Positions 36,622 through 48,600 of a stretch of 64,000 nucleotides of DNA are shown piece by piece. A model generated the notes under the pieces. The model saw only the letters and a list, made by a program, of their open reading frames with translations, was not told where the DNA came from and did no database searches. This DNA comes from Lama guanicoe (lineage: Eukaryota): NCBI GenBank assembly GCA_013239625.1, contig MU055600.1, forward strand, positions 14,249,644 through 14,313,643, in the 5' to 3' direction. The position numbers and the translations under genes are program-made. The number at the start of each line of letters is the position of its first letter. Position 1 is the first letter of the stretch.

Positions 36622-39600
36622 CCGCTACACACACTCCTCACACATACCCCTACCGTGGGCTCTTCTGATGCTCTCCACCAGGAGCCATTGTTTCCATGTA
36701 AGCCCTAAAGCTTCTGAGCAAGATGGTCCACTCTGAGCCTAATAACTTCACGGGGAGTGGCGGAGGCTGGGCTGTGAGTCGAAACGAATCTGCTGAATTT
36801 TACTTTTTGTAGTTTTACTTCCAAAATAATAGATATTTTGACTATATTGGCTATGCTTTCTCAGTCTATAGTCTCCCTCCTGCTCACAAACTCCAATACT
36901 TCTCCAGGCGTAATGGTCCTGGAGTAGCTGATATTTTTAATACCCAGTATTGATTCTCCTTTCTTCTGGTAATACATCCCAATTTTCCTTTAGGGAGTGA
37001 CTCTTTGTCCATTCAATGTGGTCTTGGAGGGATGGTCATTGAAGGTGCCCCAGCCAGAGGGTGAACACACAGGATATCAGCCTAATCAGTGCTTTCTCCC
37101 TGGAAGGTGACTTTTGAGCACTACATCCCAGGAATGAAGCATAGTTCCTGCAGACAGCAGTGCCCTAAGGATGCTGCCCATTTGTCCCTGCTACCCAGAC
37201 CCCTGCAGCTGCCCTATTCCTGGTCCTTCTGCAGCCTGGCTACTCAGCTTCTACTTAGTTTTCTAAGTTCAATAGCTGCCCAGTGAATTCTTTTTTGCTT
37301 AAGATAGTCAAGTTGGATTCTGTTGCTTACAACCAAGAACACTAATTGATACATAACTCCTCCCACTAAGAAAAATTGACCTTGACTACTGCACCATGTG
37401 GTTTGCTTTGGTCAATGGAAAATGGGTGTGAGAATGTTCTAGTTCTGAGCACAGGCCTTAAGAGTCCTCCCATGTTTCTGCTCACTTCTTCCCCATGAGC
37501 ACAGTATGTTCTGAGAAGAATGAGAGCCACATGGAGCTGACCTGAACCCCACTCAGCCTAAAGCAAAGCTTAGTCAAGAGAAACTGAACCCCAGACAGCC
37601 TGCAGATGCATAGGTAAGAAATAGATGCTTGCCATGAGATTTCAAAGGGTTGCTGTTGTTGTTGTTGTTGTTATGCAGCATTATTATGGCAATAGCTGAC
37701 TGACACAGATTTGTTGTGATTTCCATCAACTTTAAGCCTAACAATTTTCAGATTCGTCTAGCCTAGGGAAGGGTTAGTGAAAGTCCTACCTGCTACTTTG
37801 ACCTGGTTGGAGGCACAGGCTTTGCAGGGAAGCACCTGGAACTCTTCTGCTTGGTACATGGAGTAATCAGTACTTGCAATAACCAGGGTGTCTCCAGGCT
37901 TCCATGATTGTACATTGTCTTCCAGATTCAGGATGGTGCTGTTCACATTGGTGTCGATGGTGACGGTGAGCTTGGGCCTCACTGTAACCCAAAGCAGGAG
38001 AGCCTGAGATCTAAACCTTTGCTCAGGGCAAACTTCTCACTCCCTATCTCTTCCCTTCCTCTCCTTCAATCAGTAAATGTCGGGTTTGCCTATCCAAAAC
38101 CCAAATCACCAGGCTCACCCCATCCCAGTCTTGGTACAGGTTTTTGAAGTCAACAAAAACTCTACCAGAAAAGAGCCATTCATTAGCTCTGGGCAGGGGA
38201 ATTTTCCACTAACTCCTCAGCTGGAGTTAAATGTAGCTGCCTCACCACACCCACTTTGCAAAAGATGTAAAACAAATATAGCTCCTCTCAACTATTATTT
38301 ACAGTAGCTGTAAGCCTCCCTTCCAAAGAACTCCCATCCCTAATGACTGCCCTCTGGAGATGGCCAAGTGTCTCTGAGAACAAACCGAACATTTCCAATC
38401 CCTCCTAACGAGCACCTCGGAACCAGCTTTAAAATAATAGCACCCAGTGAGGCAATGAGTTCTGGGTCTCTGCAGGGGAGGGCTGCAGGAAGGCCAGCTC
38501 TGTCCACGGCACCCCGGTTTTCTTGGACCAGGCCTTTATCCTTCCTGAAAGGCATATGGGCAGGGCGGGGTTCTGTAAGCTCCTGCCAACTCCGAGGACC
38601 ATCCCACTGCTCCTGTATCCCAGAAGTGCTCTCCATTGTGAACTTGGCAGGAGCACGGTGTCACTGAGATAGCCGAAGGCAGCCGGTCCAGCCATTCAAA
38701 CTCACAATGCACGGCTGCCAGCTCAAGGAACAGAGCCACAGTTGCATTTCTGTCCCCAGCAAGGAGCTGCTTACCAGGTTTCCCACAGAGGAACCGCACA
38801 CGGTAGCTCTGGCAGGCTCGGCCCTGGTCGTAGCACACAAACCTATAATCCTGGCCTTTTTTGTAGACAGCCTCAGTGGTGAGGTTAACTCCATCTGCTG
38901 TAGTGGCCTGGGGAAGGCACAGAAATTATAGAGCAAAGTCACTTCTTTTTGTAAAGAAGGAAGGTGATGATTAATTCTATAAACATATACTCACGAGTCT
39001 AAAATTGTTTCTGCTCCAAAATTGATTTACAATGGCCTTAGATTATTATTCTACCGTTTCCCCTTTTCGATTTTGTTATAAGAAAGACAGCGTGAAGACA
39101 TAGGATGGATAAACATCTTGCCTGGGGTCCTATGGTATCTGAGATCCAAACCGGGGACTGACTGCCCTGGTGAACATCTCATGGAGAGAATCTGCAACAA
39201 GCACACTCTTTCAGGAGCAGAACCAGCTGCCTCTTACAACTCGGACCTCCACCCCAGGACCATCAACAGTGGCCAACACGTATGACAGGCTCACTACGAT
39301 CAACCCACTGGTGCCCAAATGTGGTTCCACATTCTGTGGGGAGTCTTTAGAAACACGCATGCCCAGGCCACATCCTTGGTGTCTCAGATTTGACTGTGTC
39401 TGGGGTGCAGCCTGGGCATCAGGACTTTTCAGAGCTGCCCAGGTGACTCCACTGGGCAGTAAAGTTTGAGAACCCCTCTTGTAGTTGCGAAGCTGAGTGC
39501 TCACGTACATTATCTCATCCCACCTTCATGGCTGTGAGGGCTGTGAGGGCTGTGAGGGCTGTGAGGGCTGTGAGGTCGCTGGTGGTTTTACAGATCTGGA

Positions 39601-42600
39601 AACTGATGCTCAGAGAGGTTGGGTAACTTGCCAACATCACAAAGCCAGTATGTGGCAGAGCTAAAATTTGAATCCAGATGCATCCAACTACAGAGCTGGT
39701 GCGTCTCAGTCCCTCCCACTGCTGCCCTCAGACATACCACCTACAGTCCTTTTTTCAGCGTCTGTCTCCTCCCAGTGGATGGTGGGCTCTGGGAGGGCCA
39801 GGTTTTGCCTGCCTTCCTGATCCCAGCATCCAGTCCAGGTCCCAGCATAGATCGGAGTCCGTTGATGGGAGCTGATGGGTGAGCAGCTTCAAGGCCAGGT
39901 AGAGAATTTAAGGGCGCTCAGAGGACGGCAGGATTCCTGCCAGCTGGGGCTCATCCCAGGACCAGGGTGTGTCCACACCAAGACTGTGGCTGTCATCAGA
40001 GACTTGCAATTTAGAGCAAGGGCTGCAGCTGTTGTCCTCTTTGGCACGAAGACCAAAGGGACCAGGGATGAGCAAATAGGGAGGCAAAATGCAGTCAATC
40101 TAAAAAGGAGGAGGGGGCACTATATAAGAAACATCGTTTTGAACCCAGCAGATATCTGCTGCCTTTGGCTTGGGAGGAGAGCTACGTAGATGTGAGTTCA
40201 GCCAGAATTAAAATTCAGCCCCTTCCTGCAACAGCACCCTCACAGCGATCACCTCAGAGGGGTTCAGGAGCAAAGCTCGAGGTCGCCTGGCTGTCATGCC
40301 CTCTCCTCTGACCCCCTGACCTTTTTCCCTGAGGCCAGCACGTTTTTCAGTAGAGCACCCCTTAATACTAAGAACTGAGCCTGAAAACATCATTCAGTGG
40401 AGCTGGACGTGTTTTAAGGCACAACATCCAACAATAATTTCAAGAAAAACATCTACTCAGTGTCGCTGCTTTTCTTTTTTTCCTTTTTTTAACCAGAAGA
40501 GCCACCTCAGTTTGGGAAAGGGCTCAGGGCTCCACCACTGCTCAGTGAGCCTGGATTGAGCTTTAAGTAGATGCAATTTGATTGTTATTCATGGTACTAA
40601 TTATAAAGTAACTAGCAATCTCATAATAGTAATACAAGAAAATTATTTTAGAATTATTTTAAAATTATGGGCACTCAGTACAGGTCAGGGGCTTCATGTA
40701 CTGTTGCACTAGATCCATGAAATAATTCCATGAAGGAACAATTATTATCTCCATTTTTGCTTATGAAGAAATTGAGATACTAAACTAAGTAACCTGACGC
40801 CCTAGTGAGGCACCGCGGTGCAAAATTTAAGGTGGCACTCACTCTGCCGGTCATGCAAGTGCAGAGTGGGCACCTGAGAGGGAGCGCCACCTTAAATCTT
40901 GTGCCGTTGGCACCTCACCTGTCTAATCCTCGTCCTGACACTGTTGATATGCCAGAGCTCACAAGGGGCAGAGCTAGGAATGCAAACTGGGCTCTATCTG
41001 GTTTCAAATACATTTTCCGAACCACCAGACTGACCTCCTGCCACTGCACCAGGGCTGTGGGGGTGTGGGGACTGCCCAGCACGGTCTCCTCCCCAAGGAA
41101 GTGTGAGTCCAGGGGTTCCCACTGGCCATGAAGGGCGGGTGGGTTTTAAGAAAGAAGATGGGAGGAAAGGGGATTTCAGCCCAGGAGAACCGCAAGGGGG
41201 ACAAAGACACGGGGACAGGGGGGCTGCAGTTTGGGTTCTGATTTTGCAGAACCACAAACTATCAGATCTTGAAGGTCTCCTTGAGTTGAGGTCAACTGGG
41301 CTGGTCTCAGTACTTCCTCTCTCTCCAGCTTGCCCCCTCCCACCCTGCCTAGGTGACAGGAGTTCTTAACACCCTCTCCTTGTGCAGAGGCTTTGACTGG
41401 CTGTCAGGGACCTTGGGGGCAGCCACAGCTCTGAAGAGTCTTCAGGAACACTGGGCCCGGCAGGGTGGTCACAGTCACCTGTGATTTCCCACAGTGGCAA
41501 AAACTGGCATGTGGCAAGCTCAGTCCTGTTCAGGCTCTTCTGTGGGTTAATCAGCTAGGGCTCCTGGCTGACGTGTCTGATGCCCTATTTATAAAGAGGA
41601 TGAAATCTTGCTTCTCTCACCTGGGGTGAGCAGAGGACAAGTCTAGCTTGGCTTTTCTGATTTCAGAAAAACTCAGAATATATTCCACCTCATTGCCTTT
41701 TGTGTTTAAAGAGATGCTCTGGGTAAGTTTGGGGCCACTCCTAATTAAAGGCTGATGGTGAGAAAAGGGGAGAACTTGGCATCTCCAGGATGGAGCACCC
41801 CACCCTTTGCTCCACAGGTAGAGGTTTAATTCACTTTCAGAGGTACGTGGCATATTTTTACATGACTGCTTCAACGAGCCTTTACTTTGCCAAGAAAAAG
41901 CCGAGATCCTATTTTGGAATTGAGAGTTTTGAACTAATAAGGGGCTACAATGCCTAGCAAAATAGTGTCAAAGAATGCACTTTTGTGTGGAGGCTGGCCC
42001 AAGCCTCAGGGTAATGCAGAAAACAGTTGTTGGGTCTTTCATTCTTCTCTGGACTTGGAACAGTTGAGAACTTGAACTCAGGGAAGTCATTGTCAAGGAT
42101 ACTCCTTTTGTTGAAAGAGAAACTGGTCCCTGCAATATGGCAGGAGACGGGTGGTTGCGGAGCATGGGATTGGGTCCCTACAGAAGGTCTGGGATTACGC
42201 AGTTGGTGAGCAATCACATACTATATATGTGTGTGTGTGTGTGTGTGTGTTTTTCACCAGTCTCTTCTGCTACCTCTAAGACTTCAGTAAAGTTTTATTC
42301 AGTGTTTTAGCCTGGCTTCGTTGTGCATGGACACATTCAGTGAAGAGCCTGTGTCCGGCTGGGAGCAAAGTTACTGAGAGTAAGAAACGCCTAAGGAAAG
42401 CTATTTTCCTGGCATGGAGAAGTGCTCTTCTAAACAACAGGGGTCTAGAGCCAGACGGCTGGCAGAGCAAACACCAGGAGGGATTTGTAGAGCATGTAAG
42501 CATTCCTCGAGGATTTCCAGAAAATACTTGGGGAGGGAGAGCTGGTAAAAGACTGAACTTCCTGTAGCCAAGTAAGCTGGAAGAATAAAAGTATGGCTAT

Positions 42601-45600
42601 TTCAGAATTAGAGCTGGAACGTTCAGGGTTGCAAGAGAAAATTAAAATTAAATCTGGGAAGTATGTGCTTTGGGAGAGTCAGCGCTTTTTGACTCTGCTG
42701 GACCCAAGAAGAGCCTACAATGTGTAACTTAATCTTGGGAAAGCTGTCCCAGTAATACTGGAGCCATGTGAGGGGAGAGCCTTGGCCAGACAATGAGAGC
42801 GGTTCCTCAGCCTCTGCTCACTGCGGAACAGAGCATCCTCCCCTGGAAAAGTGGTCCCTTGTATGATGCAAGGCAGAGGGCAGAGGTCGTGCCTCAGATG
42901 GCGCAGTGGCGTGGAAGCCCAGTCACATGATCTGAGACGTGCAGTTAGAAAATCTGGGAGAAGGTGGTGGGCAAATGTCAGTTGCTATTTTTATTGGCTG
43001 AAAGAGGATAAAATGGGCAGGGATGGTCTGTCTCCAATGACTCTTAATTTTAAGCCAAACATTTAAGTGGCCCCAAATTATGTTCTGGAAGAAGACCAGG
43101 CATAAGGAGATAAACTCCATTTTCTTGCCCAGGTCTCTATCTTTCCTGTTGTTCCTTGAGCCCAGCAGCCCACCAGCTGAGAGCCACTGAACTGTGAGAG
43201 CTGCCTGTTCACCCCACACTTTTTTGCTGGAGCCAGCTGAGAAAGTCAAGGTCCCCCTTTGGACAGAGGTCACTCCAAGGAATGACCCTGAGCAAACACT
43301 GTCCGTTCTGTGCCTGCTGCCGTTTCTTTAGCCAAGTGGAGAACAAGGCCGTGGGTCTTCTCCGCCTGGGCTGGGCTCAGCCGGCACCCAAATCCCAGCT
43401 GGTTCCTGTGCATTCGAGGTCCCAGAGGAAATCGACTGATGAGTGAAGCTGAGTAGGTCTCAAACCATCCCCGCACTGGGCACCCCCAGTCATGGCTGAA
43501 GAAGCAGGTTGGGGAGAAGGAAAAGGAACGTGGCAGCGGGATGCAGGAGAGAATTTGAGTCCTCGCTTTGGAACTCACTGGTGGGGCAGATAAGCAGCCT
43601 CCATCTCAGTCTCTAAAGTGAGGACAGGGCTGTCTGGCTTACCAACATCGTAGGAGGGCCACGAGAGTCACACCACTCAGACAGCAGGAAAGTTTGAAGA
43701 CTCTACAGAGTCTTCTTCCAGATAAAGCGTTCTGAACCTTTATAATGATTTGGTTACCTGTATATCAATGGGGCGATTGCAGATTTTTCCTGGGTAAGCC
43801 GCTCGGAGGTCTGAAATTTTCTCCCCACCTTTAGTGTAAGACACTTTGTCATGTTCAAACCATTCTGTCCACTCCACATCTGGGCGGAAAGCAAAGAGCA
43901 GGGTCAGTCAGGTGGGCTCCGGGGAGCCCGCCACACTCCATGCAGCTCCCACGCACCCGCTGTGCAACGGGGTTGAACACCAGCCATGCAGGCTCGCACC
44001 GGGGGCCTGTAAACAATCTGTCAACTCCCCCATTTCTCCCAGCTCTTAATTAAAAATGCCTCTTATTGTCTATCTTGTTTTATAAAAGCAATAGATAATC
44101 TTCACGATTGCCCAAAGGAGAAAGATGAAATCCACCGGTTAACCCATCATCCGAGGATTTCGGTGAGGATTGCAGCTTGCCGCTGCCCCCACCCCCACCC
44201 CCACCACGTGTGTGCTCCTGGAAGGCCAGGTCCTGCTCCAGGGTTCCCTGTTCAGTGCCATCGCTTGGTGCAGAAAACGTATTCCAAGAGGTTAGATATC
44301 CCTCTGGGCTATTCACCACTGAGACTGGATTAATTAAAGACAGCTTTCAGCTGCAAACTGAATCGAAGCTGCAGCAGTCAAGGAGTTCTACTGATGCAGA
44401 AGAAAAATCCTCATTCTGCAAAGGTAATGAGTCCTGTCCTTTTGCACCACTGTTAAGGTTTACCGAGTTGTCCCAAACTCCTCACCTTGAACCCACTCGC
44501 TGGATGAAGAGACATTGAAATGCTCGCCATGCTCTGTCTGGAAGAGCTTGAACACCCGGGCAGCAGCGGAGCCACGGTGTCCTGTCAAAGGAACCAGAGG
44601 CTTTAACAACCAAACAGACCCTCTAAATTCAGAGGGATGTGATTCTAAGACAGCGAAATCCCCTTACACATGTGGATCTTGAGCCATTTCTTAAAAATAC
44701 AAAGTTTCAGGCCAGTCTTTCCACTTGGGGAGCAGATTATTGATCACTCCTTCTAACTGAAATGTTCCCCCAACTCTGAATTTTGGAACCCTATCACTTC
44801 TCTTGTGAACTCCTCCCCACGGTTAGAGCCGGCAGGACCTTCCGAAACCTTCTCTGGGCAGAGGAGGCTGGCGCCGTGTGGTACAGCCCATCCAAAGCAT
44901 CTTTTTAGCTCAAAATATTACCCCTGCTTGTTCCGTCCCAATTCTCATCTTTCCTAGGTCACTTGTTTTGGATTAAGCCAATGACAATTTCTTTGAAAAT
45001 GTAAATATTATCTCAGTAACTGGCCTTAAATCAGTATGGATTTTTGCCACGCATGTAACATGGGAGGTGGGTTCTAAAGGAGGAAGGTGGTTCAGAAAGA
45101 CCTTGAGCCTCTTGGTCAGAGAGACACGGCAGGGGATCCGGCCTCTCGCCATGTATTACCGTGATATTCAATGTGGTCTTCAACGGAAGACGAGGGATTC
45201 CCTTTCACGGTGATGAAACTCCAAGGGTGTCTGAAAAAAACAACAGAAAGTCAAGTTCTTCGCACGTCTGAGCCTGGAATGGAGGCAGAGTTGAAACAGG
45301 GAGCCACATGGATGCTGTCTGAGGGAAACTCGCTTACGGGCTGGGTTTCCCTTTTCCAGAAGAACAAGGGCCTTTCTCTGCAAGCCCTGGCCTTCTTGAC
45401 CACCTGGCGGGCTTGATGTTTGTGGACTGCAGGGCTCTGCACCTCCGTTCTGGCAGTGGACAGGGGTTATGAATCACAAATAAACAAACGAGCCCACAGA
45501 CCTGCATACCACCTGCCAGGCTCAACTAGGTCCTGAAGCGAGTGCTCTGGCTCCTTTACGAAAACAAGGAAACATGCTCCGAGGGAGAAAGGTTATTCCT

Positions 45601-48600
45601 CTCCTGTGTGACTCCCTGAGAACTAAGCTCGAGGAAAATGCCAGAGGCGGGTGTGACTGAGGCCCCAGGAATCAGCACTGGGCCTTGGGGTGGAAAGAGG
45701 TACCTCTTCTTCTTAATGGAAGGCAAAGGAGGGAAAAAAAAGGTATATGGGTTTGGAAAGTTGTACAACTTCTCTTTTCTCCACTGAAGATACATCTGCT
45801 CAACAATCACTTCCTGTATGAATGAGCAAGTGGTAGGTCCAAGTCTCAGATTTTCCACTGATTTTAGACGCCTCGAGTTTGTCACTCAGAGTGGGTCTAC
45901 ACCAATGAGGGTGCACGTGTAACCCGCCCGTGCACTACGGCATGCATCCTTCCCGGGCCCTTGCTTATAAGGAGAGAATAGTTGCTAGCACTTCTTGAGT
46001 CCTTATTCTGTGCCAGACACAATATTTTGTTCATACTGTCACATTTACCCTCCCCAAAGTCCTTTGAGGTGGCTCCTGAAGTACCCCATTTTACAGATGC
46101 AGGTACCATGCAAAGAGAGGGTAAGTCACTTGCCTGCAGTCACACCTCATAGGAAGTGCAGCCCAGACTCCAATTCGAGCCAAATCAGATGCCAGATCTT
46201 GGACCTTCCTCCGCTGAGGCCCTACGTAGCCAGTCCCACTGTGGTTCTACCTCTCATTGCAAATTAACAAGCTGGCCTTTCGGCTTATAAAAAATGAAAT
46301 GGCAGTGCCCTCAGTTTCTGTTAACAAAGGAGCTTTGCTGTTATCTTTGGCAGCCTGAGTTTCCTGCCCAAACTCATCCAGAAGGAGCAGCCCCTGACCT
46401 GTCAGGAAATGCACCCTGGAACCCGGAGCTCCACCCTGGCCCAGGGGATCCTGGCCCAGCCAGTAAAATTGCTCTGCTCAGAGCCCAGAAAAGGCTCTGG
46501 CCTGCCCTCATCTTGCCCACGATTCGAGGAGCTGATGGGAGGGGCATCCATATCTCCAATAGCCACGGGCCAGATGATCTCAATTTTCCACTGGGCTCAG
46601 ATCTGATACAACATGATCGAAAGGTGTGGCTACTGTGGGGTAAACTGTTTCCTCTTGGCGCCAATGTGTGTGTGCATGCCAAAGTCAGGCATGACTCTGC
46701 AATCCGAGGCAAACAAAACACACCCTAGAGCACATCGAATGGTCCCCTCCGCTAGGGAGCTGGGCAGGGCAGGGGCCCTTCATGTGATCTCTAAACAAAG
46801 GTCTGCCAACCCTCAAGGCACATTATGATTCCGTGGACAAAGGATGGGAAAATGAACACTAGTTATACATCTGAGGCATGGCTCTTACACACAGTAGGTG
46901 CTCAATTAATATTTTGCAAGTGGCAGACTGAATGAATGAGTTCAGATACACAGTGACTTTCGGAGTTTAAAGTGTGGAATATGCTTGTAAGAATAAACAG
47001 GCTCCCTTTAAGAACAAGCCCTAATACATCCCAGGCAGATGGATCATGGCCCTGCATCTCCCTGAGTCACCATTAAAGGGGATGTGGCCTGGGGAAACGA
47101 GGAGGGAAGTTAGGTAACTTCTGCCTGGGGTGGTGTTGCTTCGTGTTCTGGAGCCTGGGGGAGGGGACTTGACGGGTGGTACCTAAATCCAAGGTGTAGG
47201 AAGTGTTTGCTGCCCAGTTTGGTCATCGCCTTCCTGGCCATGTCATCCAGGTTTCGAGAGCCCTCATCATTCACGGCCACAGACAGGATCCTGCCCTCGG
47301 GCACCGCATTCAAATACTGGACCAGACGTTCACTCTCTTTCTTGGATCTATAGGTGTCAAACCTAAAAAGGGCAGAGAGAGCAGATTTTAATAGTCCTAG
47401 CAGGACCCAAAAGAGAGAGCTTGAAGCACCTACCCGTGGTTTGACGATTAACACACCATCCAATCATCCCAAAGACTGATTTTTTTTTAAAGAAAGAAGC
47501 TTTTATTACAGCAAAACAAATCAATCATCTCAGACTTGACAAAGATAACCCACCCTTACATACATAAAATATCCATGAAATATAGGTCTCAAAAAAATCT
47601 ATACCACAGGTGACAAGAATTCACAAAGGAAAGGCCCAACTGTGTAATGATCCTAACTCCAAGTATAAAGTACACGTATTAGGTGTAAAGATTTTGTACA
47701 ATCACAATGGAAACTCCAAAAGAATTTGTCTTGGAACTTAATGAGCAAAATCATTCTCAAACGAATCTAGACGAATAACCCAGCACGAATAGCCAAGATT
47801 TGGGAAAAAGAAAACCATGGTGGTGTGGGGAGGGGGGGGAGATGGACGGATGCTCGTGAGTCCCCAGGCTTCCTTTTCATTGTTGACATAACCTGGTCCG
47901 GCCCCGCCTAGGCCCCCTCCTTCTCCACGGCCCCTCCCCAGGAATCGCCTGCTGCCAGCCTCGCATGTGTCAGGGCCCTGTGACCACACCAGGTACCCCC
48001 TCCCAGGCATCTCTTGCCTAGACCGTGCAGAAGCCTCCTGACCACCTCTGCTAGCTTTACTTCTCCACTCTGTACACAGCAGCGAGAATATTCTTTTAAA
48101 TCAGATCTTCTTAAAAGCCCTTCACCGGCTTTGCATCCCACTAAGAATAAAACCCACCCCCTCACCGCGGCCTTTAAGGCCCCAAACGTGCCCCTGTCCA
48201 AAACACCGACATGACTGTGTCTCGTTTCCTTGGCTCTGCATTCTCCACCTCTCTGCTGGCCCTTCTGTCCTTTGAGAACAGCACGCCCTTTCTCACCTCT
48301 GGCCCTCTGCACTTGCTGCTCTCTGGCCTGCACACTCCTCGCCCCACGGTTCTCAGCTCAAACGTTGCTTGCTTTCACAGGCCTTCTCTGATCACCTGTT
48401 GCAGAACAATCTCCCCTAGCTACTCTCCATCATTTCACTATGACTTTTTTCCCTAATTACCGATGATCACAGCCTGAAACTATGTTGTGTGTACAAGTGT
48501 GCATGTGTGCGCGCACGTGTCTGTTCCTGTTCAACTCAGCTGCATGAGGCGAACGCCCCGGCAATGAGAGACCTAACTCCCTGAGGTTGGGGATTTCTGT

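Noticed and set aside
42093-42103. U12-type donor-like GTATCCTT on the minus strand
   Set aside because: Deep in intron 8 with no upstream exon or matching acceptor that I could identify; likely chance.
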